56,082 nt of DNA from Ktedonobacteria bacterium (GTDB lineage: Bacteria; Chloroflexota; Ktedonobacteria; Ktedonobacterales; JACDGC01). Position numbers and translations under genes: made by a program. Shown piece after piece: positions 26,811-36,725 of the stretch; the stretch's first letter is position 1, and each line of letters opens with the position of its first letter. The notes below the pieces were generated by a model that was given only the letters and a program-made list of their open reading frames with translations, had not been told where the DNA came from and searched no databases. The stretch is taken from contig DAIDHM010000072.1 of the NCBI GenBank assembly GCA_027459705.1, forward strand, positions 1-56,082, written 5' to 3'.

Positions 26811-28253
26811 TTAGATTGTAGCACGTGGCATGCCGACTGATGCATTGACGGGCTCCAACTGACGTGCGAGCTGCCGCAGGAAATACGCAGCGCGCGCCGC
26901 GTCAAAGGGCAGGGTGGCCGCAATCATGGCATCGGCGGCGGCGGCTTCGAAGGATAGGGCAATCTGAATGATCATGGCAGGGTCCGTGATGCGACGTTCT
27001 CGCACAGCGTTATAGGCCTCTTCCAGCGCTTGCGGCGTCGGCAGATCGTGGCGCATGGCGGGAGGCAAGGGCAGCATCGCGCCACGCGTCACCCCACGCA
27101 TTGCTACCTGTTCGGTTGATTGTGTCAACGAGGTAGGATAAGCCGGTTGAGCGCCAGAGTGGCTCGCGCCGAGCGGCTGCCGGGTCGGCGGCGGCGCTGT
27201 CGGGCGAACATCATGGGGATGCACCCACTCTACCTGCACTCCCCACCCGCCGACCAGCTGGCGCAGATGCCCACGGAGCCGCATCGCTAACGAGACGCCG
27301 CCTTCGAGTCCATCTTCGTCAAAGAGGTCCGTCTCGCGCAACCCATTCAAGACTTCACGCAACGTGATCTCCAGCATGCGCCGCACACCCGTCGGCCAGT
27401 CTGACCCACGTTCCGCCAGTAAATAGGCGCGGTTCGGCATTGGACGACATCCCACCGTTGCGGCCAGATCATAGCGCTGTCCATCCGCCAGTGCCACATC
27501 GCGCGCGACCGCTTCAATCGTCACGGCGGCGGTCGAGATGATCGTCAGCACCTGCTCCCCGGGCAGTCGAAGGTTGAACCCCGGGTAGAGTGTCCGGTGA
27601 TATTTGCCAAAGAGTACCATGATGTGCACTGTATGTTCTAGTACCATATGGCGCTGTGCCAGCACGACTGCGCTCAAGAGGGTGAGCAGTCCAACAATCA
27701 ATGCGATGCCCGCCAGCATACCGAAGATCGCCCAGAGAGTCAGTGTGCTGAACACGCAGAGTCCCAGGATCATCATCAGCGCCCAGAGCGTGTCGTTGGG
27801 TGCATACGCCAGCGCGGCGGCGAGCATGACTCCCGTCGCGGCAAAGATGAAGAAGAGCGGTCCGAGTGCGTCGTTACCCACCGCCAACAACGATGGACCA
27901 CCAAAACTCAGGGGGAGCAGAATCGCCAGGCAGGCCGCCCCCAGCATCGAGGGGACCAGAATTGGTGACATCAGCCGGAAGGTCGTGAACGAGAAGAACC
28001 GCTGTGTGGTCGCGGCGGGAGGTGGAGCGACATAGGTTGGGCGTGGTGAAGGTCGCGCCACGGCGGAACGCCATTGTCGGGGATCATGATCACGCAGTAC
28101 TGGAGTACGCTGGCTACCCGACGACCTCTCTGTGGCTTGCCAGGGAGCCCACGGGTCATCTCGGTCGACTGGAGGGAAACTGGCCGCACTCTCGCCAGCC
28201 GTTGGTCGATGCTTCCGATCCTTACGCATAGTGTGAGTCTCCTTCCGCCACAC
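26811..28253 (-). CDS. SPFH/band-7 (stomatin/HflK-like) domain membrane protein with long disordered N-terminus and ~4 TM helices
   Basis: 'LFGKYHRTLYPGFNLRLPGEQVLTIISTAAVTIEAVARDVALADGQRYDL' matches the SPFH core pattern. It is preceded by multiple hydrophobic helices. The start codon is uncertain. Confidence 0.7.
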   Translation of the reverse strand: MWRKETHTMRKDRKHRPTAGESAASFPPVDRDDPWAPWQATERSSGSQRTPVLRDHDPRQWRSAVARPSPRPTYVAPPPAATTQRFFSFTTFRLMSPILVPSMLGAACLAILLPLSFGGPSLLAVGNDALGPLFFIFAATGVMLAAALAYAPNDTLWALMMILGLCVFSTLTLWAIFGMLAGIALIVGLLTLLSAVVLAQRHMVLEHTVHIMVLFGKYHRTLYPGFNLRLPGEQVLTIISTAAVTIEAVARDVALADGQRYDLAATVGCRPMPNRAYLLAERGSDWPTGVRRMLEITLREVLNGLRETDLFDEDGLEGGVSLAMRLRGHLRQLVGGWGVQVEWVHPHDVRPTAPPPTRQPLGASHSGAQPAYPTSLTQSTEQVAMRGVTRGAMLPLPPAMRHDLPTPQALEEAYNAVRERRITDPAMIIQIALSFEAAAADAMIAATLPFDAARAAYFLRQLARQLEPVNASVGMPRATI

Positions 28254-28519
28254 GAGACAACGGGCACATGCCCCGGGCGCTGACGTGCATCATCTTCTAT
28301 CGGCAATGTCGCGCGAAACATGAGCCTTGCCTCCCTCACAATCCGTAGGCCCGCAGAAGAACGACCGAGCGAGAAGAATTTCCGGTATGCGGCGGAACAA
28401 TGGTCAGGTACGGGCGGATGGCATAGCATATGCGACATAGTCTCACCTGTACTGAATAGCGGTGTTGGTGTGGCCAGTCGTTTTAGGAGTGATGACTATT
28501 CAACCGAGGGATAGTGAGT

Positions 28520-29398
28520 ATGGAACCGGATCTCCCACTAGCGTCAGGTGGCGCTGATGCGGCCACGACGCCATCCGAACTCGCACGTTTGCGGGCGGAG
28601 AACTCACTGTTGCGCGCGCAACTCAACGTAATGCGGCAACAGCAAGCAGTGGCACGGCGTGAAATGGAATCCACGCAACAACGCTTCCAGCGCACCCTCT
28701 ATGCGGTGAGTCACGAACTCCGGACGCCCATGACCAGCATCAAAACCGGAGCCCAGTTGGTCGATCACCGTCTGCGCAGACTGCTCTCTCAGCCAAGCAC
28801 TCCTCCCATTGCTCCCGCGCTAGCCCCCCTTCTGGATCTGCTCGCGATTGTGCTTCGCCAGGTCAACCTGCAAGATCGCCTCTTGAGCGATCTATTGGAT
28901 GTCTCGCGCCTGGAGCACCAGAGCATAGAGATTCACCCGCAGCGCCAGGAGTTCCAACCGCTTGTCACTTCCACCGTCGCGAAACTCCAGGCGCTCTACC
29001 CGGATCGCGAGGTGATCGTGTACATGCCGCCCACGGCGATCATGGTCAATGTCGATGGTGAGCGCATCAGCCAGGTCATTCACAATTTCGTCTTGAACGC
29101 GATCAGTTATGCTCCTGTACACTTGCCGATTACCCTGCGGGTGACTACCGACACGCACTTGGCGCGTTGTGCGGTCTGTGATGAAGGGCCAGGAATCGCC
29201 CGCGATAAGCAGCGTCATATCTGGGAGAGCTTTTATCGCGTCCCAGGTATCGAGATGCACAATGGGTCCAGCGCCGCATTGGGGGTAGGACTCTACCTCT
29301 GTCGCGCCCTCATCGAGTTGCATAGCGGTCAGGTCGGCGTCGAGAGCGCACCAGGCAAGGGATCTAGATTCTGGTGTACGTTGCCCCTCGCGCTATGA
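28520..29398 (+). CDS. Sensor histidine kinase (HisKA + HATPase_c), apparently cytoplasmic (no TM) with N-terminal coiled coil
   Basis: H-box 'AVSHELRTPMTSI', N-box 'HNFVLNAISYAP', 'DEGPGI', G2 'GVGLYLCRALIELHSGQV'. Confidence 0.85.
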   Translation: MEPDLPLASGGADAATTPSELARLRAENSLLRAQLNVMRQQQAVARREMESTQQRFQRTLYAVSHELRTPMTSIKTGAQLVDHRLRRLLSQPSTPPIAPALAPLLDLLAIVLRQVNLQDRLLSDLLDVSRLEHQSIEIHPQRQEFQPLVTSTVAKLQALYPDREVIVYMPPTAIMVNVDGERISQVIHNFVLNAISYAPVHLPITLRVTTDTHLARCAVCDEGPGIARDKQRHIWESFYRVPGIEMHNGSSAALGVGLYLCRALIELHSGQVGVESAPGKGSRFWCTLPLAL

Positions 29399-29519
29399 GT
29401 GTGGTGTCGCCACCCACTGTGCTTATCCCACATTTGGCCGAATGCCTGGAATTATAGGCGCGAGTTTGATATGCTGTGCGTGAAGCATACGCGCTTTGGC
29501 GCGGGAGGCACAGCAGCTT

Positions 29520-31379
29520 ATGAACATCATTGGGTTGGCCCTCGTGGGAGCGCTGATCGTCACGGCCATCCTTGTCGTGGCGCGCGTGGTCCTGGGCCGC
29601 AAGTCATTGGGTGCGCAACAAATGCTCACGTTCGTCGGCATCATTTTTGTCGTAAATGTGATCATTGACCTGCCACTACTCTACTTCGGTATGCCCGCCT
29701 TGACCGGCCCGTATGGTGGTTGGGAGTGGATTCTGTGGCCGCTCTTCATCAGCGGCATCCTCAGCATTTTGCTCGGGGGCGTGGCCGCGGGCCAGCGCAT
29801 GGTGGCATCGCTCTCGAATCGTTCGATTCTGCGCCAGGTCATGCGCGAAAGGGTCGTCTCTGACGCGCCACCAGATTGGCGTATGGTGATTGCCGATGGC
29901 GCTGGTTCCGCGGGAGTGGTCGCCATCGCTTTCGTGTTGTTGGTTGCATTTGTGCTCAATAGTGGCATCGTTGTCGCCACGACCTGGTTTGATCCCAATG
30001 CGCACGCGCTGCAAGCCATCCCTAACATCACCCTTGAGCCAGATAGCCAGCAGATCCCGCCGACTGATGTCAACAATATTGTGCTGGTGACCCAGGGTAT
30101 TGCGGCTTTCAAAGGACAGCAAGTCCTTTCGCAATCAGGTCAGAACTATGGCTCGAAGTTCCATGTCGATCAGAATCAATTCGTCCTGCAATCAGTCGCG
30201 GGGCACCTCTACTGGGTAGCGCCGCTAGTATACAATAACTTCTTCGCCAATATCGGCAACTATGATACCCCTGGATTGGTAGCTGTCGACGCTGAAGATC
30301 CCGATGCGCAACCGCAGTTACGGACGCAATTTCACCTGCATTATGTGCCCGACGCGGTGCTCAACCAGGAATTGCTGCGCCATGTTTACCTCAGCGGCTA
30401 TACGAACGGGAATCTCGTGGATCCGACTCTGGAGGTCGATGATAACTGGCATCCCTACTTCACCATCTCGCTGATGCAGCCGTCGCGCGGCTTCACGGGC
30501 GATATTCTGAGTCGCGTGCTGTTGGTGAACGCCGAGACCGGAGCCATTCAGGATTTTGCGCCAGCGGATGTGCCGGCGTGGGTCGACCGCGTGATGCCCG
30601 CCAGCGTCGTGACGGAGTATCTCACCTGGTGGGGGCTGTATCATAACGCATCCTGGTTCAACCCGTCCGGCGCAGGTCAACAGAAACCGTCTGGTGATCC
30701 CATGCTGGTATATAATAATGTGCAACAGCCTGTCTGGCTCGTGCCGATGACGTCGAACTCGGCGACAGACAGCGCCAGCACTGGCTTCATGCTCTTCGAT
30801 ACCAAGGCCAACGCTGGCCAGTTTTATCATCTCTCTGGAATAGGTGTTGGTGACAATGTCACCAGCGTCTTCACCGCGGCAGAAGCGCCACGCACCTTCA
30901 CTGTCTCTTCGGTGCAACTCTACTCGATCTATGGCGTGCCAACCTGGGTCGCCATTTACACGCAACCAAATACGTTCGGCGAGACCTTCCAGGCCGTCGG
31001 CATGGTCGCCGCCAGTGACCTCAATGGGTCCAGTGTACAGATTCAACCTACCCGCGACCTGGTACTATCCTCATACAGCCAATGGTTGGCGTCACGCGGC
31101 AAAATCGCCGTCACCGACCCTAATGCTGGCACGGTGACGACCCAGGTGACCGGCAAAGTCTTGCGCATCGCACCCGCGCAGGTTAATAACGCGACGGTCT
31201 ATTACCTCCAAATTCAAGGACAGTCCCACATATTTACCGCGACGCTGACGCTCTCGCCCCAGTTGCCTCTGGTGCAGCCCGGTGATACGATCACAGCGTC
31301 CTACCTGCAGAGCAGCGATCAAGTCGTGACCCTCCTCACCTTCACCGATACTTCGATTAGCGCTCAATTGGGTCCTTGA
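29520..31379 (+). CDS. Large membrane protein: ~5 N-terminal TM helices plus ~450-aa extracytoplasmic domain, unknown function
   Basis: Hydropathy. ATG at 29520 with 'GGGAGG' 11 nt upstream; the ORF track begins at TTG 29496. Confidence 0.55.
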   Translation: MNIIGLALVGALIVTAILVVARVVLGRKSLGAQQMLTFVGIIFVVNVIIDLPLLYFGMPALTGPYGGWEWILWPLFISGILSILLGGVAAGQRMVASLSNRSILRQVMRERVVSDAPPDWRMVIADGAGSAGVVAIAFVLLVAFVLNSGIVVATTWFDPNAHALQAIPNITLEPDSQQIPPTDVNNIVLVTQGIAAFKGQQVLSQSGQNYGSKFHVDQNQFVLQSVAGHLYWVAPLVYNNFFANIGNYDTPGLVAVDAEDPDAQPQLRTQFHLHYVPDAVLNQELLRHVYLSGYTNGNLVDPTLEVDDNWHPYFTISLMQPSRGFTGDILSRVLLVNAETGAIQDFAPADVPAWVDRVMPASVVTEYLTWWGLYHNASWFNPSGAGQQKPSGDPMLVYNNVQQPVWLVPMTSNSATDSASTGFMLFDTKANAGQFYHLSGIGVGDNVTSVFTAAEAPRTFTVSSVQLYSIYGVPTWVAIYTQPNTFGETFQAVGMVAASDLNGSSVQIQPTRDLVLSSYSQWLASRGKIAVTDPNAGTVTTQVTGKVLRIAPAQVNNATVYYLQIQGQSHIFTATLTLSPQLPLVQPGDTITASYLQSSDQVVTLLTFTDTSISAQLGP

Positions 31380-31452
31380 TCGACATGCTGACCTGGACAA
31401 GACAGATCTACCACCATCTTTTTCGCCTCATACCTTTGAAGGGAGCATTTCT

Positions 31453-32286
31453 TTGAGCACCCCACCTCCACCCACTACTCCCACCATCCGCGTGAGCGAT
31501 CCGGCAAAGCTCGTCGCCGGATCGCGCGACTTTGCCGACGAGGCCTATCGCGTTGTCGGCGCGGCATATCTGGAGTTTCGGCGTGTCTATTATCATGATC
31601 CCAATCCGAGCCTGGCGACCCAGCCCACCCCTATTACTGAGGTGCAGCGCACTGAGACGGCGCGTATCGGCGCCGGCACATTGAGCGCGCTCCCAGGCGA
31701 AGTGAAAGCCGCGCCAATCGTACATGACCTGGTCAACCACCTGCAGAAAATGGTCGACATTCAGTCGTTGACCGAGGTAGAACGAACCCAATTACACAAT
31801 ATGTCCATGGCATTTCTCTATGGGGTCAAAGACGGTGTGCAGGCCTGGTTTGTCGAATGGATGTTGCAGTGCCAAGAGCAATTACAGCATGTCACGCATG
31901 ATGACTATTATGTCCATTTTCCCTGGCAGGGATTGCTCTATCGTCAACCAGATGAGCTTGTGAAGTTCGAAGCCGCGGTTCGCAACACCGATGTCACTGG
32001 CATCTTACGCGAGGTTGGACATTATGGCGATCGACTGACCGAAGTATTGGCAGAGCCGGTGAAGACACAATATGATCTGGCCTTTAGTGGTCCAGGTGGG
32101 GAACGCAAAAAAATCGTCTTTAACCTCAAGACGACCGCTGGTCTGGCCCTGGGCGCCTACCTCACGGTCGAGGCCACCCGCGCGCTGGTTGGACTGGGGC
32201 ATCGCGAGGCTGAAGGGCCACCCCTCTCACTGATCAATGACCTGCCGCCTGCACTCACCCAGGCATTAGAGCCACATCAGGGTTAG
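31453..32286 (+). CDS. Hypothetical protein (TTG start), unknown function
   Basis: Long ORF with coding-like composition. SD 'GAAGGGA' upstream. No motif recognised. Confidence 0.45.
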   Translation: MSTPPPPTTPTIRVSDPAKLVAGSRDFADEAYRVVGAAYLEFRRVYYHDPNPSLATQPTPITEVQRTETARIGAGTLSALPGEVKAAPIVHDLVNHLQKMVDIQSLTEVERTQLHNMSMAFLYGVKDGVQAWFVEWMLQCQEQLQHVTHDDYYVHFPWQGLLYRQPDELVKFEAAVRNTDVTGILREVGHYGDRLTEVLAEPVKTQYDLAFSGPGGERKKIVFNLKTTAGLALGAYLTVEATRALVGLGHREAEGPPLSLINDLPPALTQALEPHQG

Positions 32287-32353
32287 GCCGGATTTTGTGG
32301 TAAGGGGTCGGTGTGACCCTGCAAGACCATTGCGCGGAAAGCAGGAGAATGAC

Positions 32354-32755
32354 ATGGGGGCATTACCAGCGATCGGGGCACGCGCGGAATTGGTGCGCGC
32401 GATCAGCGATGCCGATATTCAGGCCTTTGCGGCACTCAGTGGCGACCATAATCCTGTCCACCTGGATGACGAGTATGCACGTGGGACCGTCTTTGGCGGA
32501 CGCATCGCTCACGGCATGCTGACGGCGATGCTCTTCTCGACCTTGCTGGCGCGCGACCTACCGGGGCCAGGGACGATCTATCTCGGCCAGACGCTCCAGT
32601 TCCGCGCCCCTGTCCGCCCCGGTGATACGATCACCGCCAGCGTCGAGGTGATCGCCTTGCGCGCTGAGAAAGGGATCGTCACTTTGCGAACAGATGCGGT
32701 CAATCAAGACGGCGTCCTGGTGATCACCGGCGAGGCGACCGCCAAGGCCCCATAG
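32354..32755 (+). CDS. MaoC-like (R-specific enoyl-CoA hydratase, hot-dog fold) dehydratase
   Basis: 'FAALSGDHNPVHLDDEYA...FGGRIAHGML' matches the MaoC dehydratase motif. Confidence 0.85.
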   Translation: MGALPAIGARAELVRAISDADIQAFAALSGDHNPVHLDDEYARGTVFGGRIAHGMLTAMLFSTLLARDLPGPGTIYLGQTLQFRAPVRPGDTITASVEVIALRAEKGIVTLRTDAVNQDGVLVITGEATAKAP

Positions 32756-32843
32756 GGCACCAGCGGTGCCAGGCAGGCGCGGTGCTCGCCCAGCATCGCG
32801 GTCCACCCAACAGCGCGTTGGCGATCCCCACCAACTCGACAGC

Positions 32844-33551
32844 CTAGCCTCCGAGATACAGTTCACGTACAGCGGCAGTCTGCGACAGTTCCGCCGCGGT
32901 GCCGCTGAGCGCAATTGTACCCCCTTGTAACACGTAGGCGTGTTGCGCGACACTGAGGGCTTTCTTCGCGTTTTGTTCAGCCACCACCACTGTCAAACCG
33001 TCGCGTTGGTGCAACTGGCTAATCACTGCAAAGACGGTATCAACGATGGTCGGCGCCAGGCCGTGCGATGGTTCGTCGAGCAGCAACACCCGAGGATGCG
33101 CCATCATCGCCCGGCCGATCGCCAACATCTGGCCTTCACCCCCCGAAAGACTGGCGGCGGCCGCGGTGAGACGTTGTTTCAGACGCGGAAAATAGTCCAG
33201 GATGCGCGCGAGATCTTCCTCCATGCTCCGCCCCCCCGGACGTGTAAACGCTCCCATCAGCAGGTTTTCACGAACCGACAACGAGCGAAAAAGCTCGCGT
33301 CCCTCCGGCACGAGCGCCAGCCCCGCGCGCAGTCGCCGCTCTGGCGACACATGGTCAATGATCCGGTCGCCAAACGTAATATGGCCGCCGCGTGGAACAA
33401 CCAGCCCCACCAACGTGCGCATCAAGGTCGACTTTCCCGCGCCATTGGCGCCCAGGATGGCGACGAAGGATCCCTCCTCGATGGTGAGGTTCAGACCATG
33501 GAGTACTTCTAATGGCCCATAACCTGAGCGCAAGCCCTCAATTCGCAACAT
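32844..33551 (-). CDS. livF: Branched-chain amino acid ABC transporter ATP-binding protein LivF-type
   Basis: 'LRIEGLRSGYG...GANGAGKSTL', 'LSGGEGQML', 'LLLDEPS'. Confidence 0.9.
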   Translation of the reverse strand: MLRIEGLRSGYGPLEVLHGLNLTIEEGSFVAILGANGAGKSTLMRTLVGLVVPRGGHITFGDRIIDHVSPERRLRAGLALVPEGRELFRSLSVRENLLMGAFTRPGGRSMEEDLARILDYFPRLKQRLTAAAASLSGGEGQMLAIGRAMMAHPRVLLLDEPSHGLAPTIVDTVFAVISQLHQRDGLTVVVAEQNAKKALSVAQHAYVLQGGTIALSGTAAELSQTAAVRELYLGG

Positions 33552-34359
33552 TGGGCGCCTCCTCAGCTACCACAGTGGCGTCAGACGCCGCGCCATCACT
33601 GCCCAGATACGCTTCCAGGACCGCCGGATCTGAGAGCACAGCCTGAGGCAGGCCTTCCGCCAGTTTCCGCCCATAGTCCAACACCGTCACGCTATCCGCC
33701 ACGGCCTGGACCAGCGACATATTGTGTTCGACGAGTAGAAGCGTTGTCCCCACCTCGTCACGCCACCGCCTCAGGCTGGCGGCGAGGTCCAGCACGTCGG
33801 CGTGCATCACGCCCGCGGCGGGCTCATCGAGCAGCACCAGCTGCGGTCGCACGACCAGCGCGCGCGCGACGCCTACCAGCTTCTGCGCGCCGAAGGGCAG
33901 CGTCCCGGCAACCTGGTGGGCATAGTGGGCCAGCCCCAGCAGATCGAGGGTCGCCAGCGCGTGAGCGCGAGCGCGGGCATCCTCGGCGCGCGCTGGCCCG
34001 AATGGCAGCAGGCCGCCCAGGATCGTCGCGCGCAGTGCGCTATGTTGCGCCGTCAACAGGTTATCCAGCACTGTCATACTCGCGAAAAGCTGCAAGTTCT
34101 GAAACGTGCGACCAATGCCCACGCGGGCGCGCTGGTTGCGCGGCAGGCGCAGGAGGTCGCGACCAGCGAACTGGATCGCGCCGTTCGTGGGCGTGACGAA
34201 GCCGCTGATACAATTGAGGACCGTCGTCTTGCCAGCGCCATTGGGGCCAACCAGCGCGACGATCTGCCCGCTGGGCACTGTCAGGTCAAACCGATCGACC
34301 GCTACGAGGCCCCCAAATCGCACGGTCAGGTCGGTGATGGTCAGGAGCGCGTCCGTCAC
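33538..34359 (-). CDS. livG: Branched-chain amino acid ABC transporter ATP-binding protein LivG-type
   Basis: 'GPNGAGKTTVLNCISGF' and LivG-type insert. Overlaps livF. Confidence 0.9.
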   Translation of the reverse strand: MTDALLTITDLTVRFGGLVAVDRFDLTVPSGQIVALVGPNGAGKTTVLNCISGFVTPTNGAIQFAGRDLLRLPRNQRARVGIGRTFQNLQLFASMTVLDNLLTAQHSALRATILGGLLPFGPARAEDARARAHALATLDLLGLAHYAHQVAGTLPFGAQKLVGVARALVVRPQLVLLDEPAAGVMHADVLDLAASLRRWRDEVGTTLLLVEHNMSLVQAVADSVTVLDYGRKLAEGLPQAVLSDPAVLEAYLGSDGAASDATVVAEEAPNVAN

Positions 34360-35441
34360 CTTTCAACTCCTTCGCTGGCACCGGTGGCGATGTGACGGTT
34401 GAGTAATCGCCGCATCAACAACCCGGCGCGGTCGACGATACCACGCAAGCCCTCAGGAAAGAAGATCAGCGCCAACAAGAGCAATAGTCCAAAGATGCCT
34501 GACTGCAATGTCGTCACCTGAATCCGGATTGGCCCGGCACTCACGATAGCCGGTAATTGCTGCAACAGCAGGGGGAGAAACCCGACGAAGATCGCGCCAA
34601 TCACCGAGCCGACAATTGATCCCAGGCCACCAACGACGATCATCGCCAGGAATGCAATAGTCTGGTCAGCGCTAGAAGAAGAACTGCTGGCAGTGGTCGC
34701 CCAGGTGGCGTAAAGCGCGCCAGCCAACCCGGTCAGCAAAGCGCTGATGACGAAGGCCAATAATTTATAGGTGGTCAGGTTGATGCCGAACGCCTCCGCG
34801 GCCGCCTCGTTGTCACGGATCGCCACCCAGGCCCGGCCCACGCGCGACTGTAAGATATTGCGCACGAAAAAGAGGACCGCGACGACGATGACGACGATGA
34901 ACACATAGAGGGTGTGGTCATCACCCAACGATAGCGGCAATTGCGTGAGATCATAGCTCTGGCGTCCATTCGTTTTATCCCAGAGGTCTAGCAAGGACTG
35001 AGTTACCAGGACCAGGCCCAGCGTCGCGATCGCCAGATACGTCCCCGAGATGCGGAGCGCGGGTCCACCGACGATGAGACCCAGCAGGGCACAGACCACC
35101 ATCGCAATCACTATCCCCAACCAGTATGGCTGATGCAGATCAGTGTTGGTCCAGGCCAGCAAATAAGCACCGACGCCAAAGAACGCCGCATTACCCAGGG
35201 ATGGTTGCGCGGCATAGCCTGTCAGCACGTTCTGAGCGAGCGCCGCGATAATATAGATACCAATCAGGCTGATACGGTGAAGTTGGAAACCAGCCTGAAA
35301 GCCGTAGAGAGCGTCGTAGGTTGATGGCACCAACAACAAAGCGACCACGCCAACGCCAGCGATGAACCAGCCAGCCCATCGACTCCGGAGCCACGCGGAC
35401 GGCGGGGCGCTCCGCGGCGATGCAGATGCGGGATCAGACAT
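34356..35441 (-). CDS. livM: Branched-chain amino acid ABC transporter permease LivM-type
   Basis: Polytopic permease with LivM-like pattern. 4-nt overlap with livG. Confidence 0.85.
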   Translation of the reverse strand: MSDPASASPRSAPPSAWLRSRWAGWFIAGVGVVALLLVPSTYDALYGFQAGFQLHRISLIGIYIIAALAQNVLTGYAAQPSLGNAAFFGVGAYLLAWTNTDLHQPYWLGIVIAMVVCALLGLIVGGPALRISGTYLAIATLGLVLVTQSLLDLWDKTNGRQSYDLTQLPLSLGDDHTLYVFIVVIVVAVLFFVRNILQSRVGRAWVAIRDNEAAAEAFGINLTTYKLLAFVISALLTGLAGALYATWATTASSSSSSADQTIAFLAMIVVGGLGSIVGSVIGAIFVGFLPLLLQQLPAIVSAGPIRIQVTTLQSGIFGLLLLLALIFFPEGLRGIVDRAGLLMRRLLNRHIATGASEGVER

Positions 35442-35475
35442 CAGATTCCTCGTCTTTCATGCAAGATGGGGGCTG

Positions 35476-36393
35476 CTACACGCGGCGCAACGTCGCCTGA
35501 CCGAGCAATCCTTGTGGCCTGAAGAGTAAGACCAGAACGAAGCCACCAAATATCAGCGCCTGACGGATGCCAGGATCGCTGATGTCGAGCGGACCAAGTG
35601 AATGGCCGGCCAGGATGAGGGCGAGCAGGTTATCGAGCAGACCGATCACAATACCACCGATCAGCGCCCCTGGTAGGCTCTCTAGTCCGCCCAGGACCGC
35701 GCCAATGAAGGCCAATATCAAGACCGGATCGAGAAATGAGAGGTTCATGAGGCCAGTGCGACTTGCCAGCAGAATACCAGCCAGGGCGGCGATGACGGCG
35801 CTAAGACCCCAGGTAAGCAGGGAGATGTTGCCGACTGGCGCACCCATCAGTCGCGCCGCATCTTGATTATCCGCTGTCGCGCGCATGGCGATGCCAAGCT
35901 TCGTCCGCGTCAGAAAGAGTTGCAGCGCGACCATCACCCCCGCCGTGACCAGCAAAATGACGACATCGATCAGCGCGATATAAACACCCCCGACCCGGAC
36001 TGATGCAGTCGCAAACGGGGAAGAAAAATGGACGGCCTGGCTCAGTTGGGGCCAGATCTGTTGAGCGACAGTCTCCAGGATAAGCGCCAGGGCCAGGGTA
36101 GCGATGGCCTTGGTGAAGACCGGGGCACGCAATACCGGTCGCGCGAAGCTGCGCTCTAGACCCATACCTAGCAATGCAGAGAATATCAGCGCGCCAAGCA
36201 ACGCCAGGCCGAAGGGGAGGCGCGGCCCCATCATGAGGATCGCCATGAAACCAGTGCAAACCGCACCAATCGCGCCATACGCAAAGTTGAGGACGCCGGT
36301 CGTGCGATAGATGAGAACAATGCCGAGCGCTAACAGGCCATAGATGCTGCCGGTGACGACCCCGGCCAGGGCTACTTGCAGGAATGCGACCAT
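35476..36393 (-). CDS. livH: Branched-chain amino acid ABC transporter permease LivH-type
   Basis: Start set at ATG 36393, with 'GAGGAGG' 7 nt upstream. N-terminus 'MVAFLQVALAGVVTGSIYGLLALGIVLIY' is LivH-like. Confidence 0.85.
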   Translation of the reverse strand: MVAFLQVALAGVVTGSIYGLLALGIVLIYRTTGVLNFAYGAIGAVCTGFMAILMMGPRLPFGLALLGALIFSALLGMGLERSFARPVLRAPVFTKAIATLALALILETVAQQIWPQLSQAVHFSSPFATASVRVGGVYIALIDVVILLVTAGVMVALQLFLTRTKLGIAMRATADNQDAARLMGAPVGNISLLTWGLSAVIAALAGILLASRTGLMNLSFLDPVLILAFIGAVLGGLESLPGALIGGIVIGLLDNLLALILAGHSLGPLDISDPGIRQALIFGGFVLVLLFRPQGLLGQATLRRV

Positions 36394-36725
36394 GGGGAGG
36401 CCTCCTCGAATCAATGGGGATGCCACAAAACCTGACGCCACTGTCATGTTGCAGCTACTATGCCATGTGACTGGGGCATCTGTCAAGCACCTCCGTGTTG
36501 GATTCTGGTATCGAGGATAGGGTGGGGGCGATCAATTTCGCAATTTCGCGCATCCCCCTTGACAAATGATGGGTTGTCAGGTACACCTAGTGATAGGTGA
36601 CTCATGTGTCATATTTTCACGTCGTAGGCATCTGTTCCAGACTTCCGGACATCCGCCCTGGTCGGTAAGGAAGCGCGGAGCGCGCGTGAAGAGATCGCAC
36701 TTCAACGAGGAGGAGCAACAGAGCG

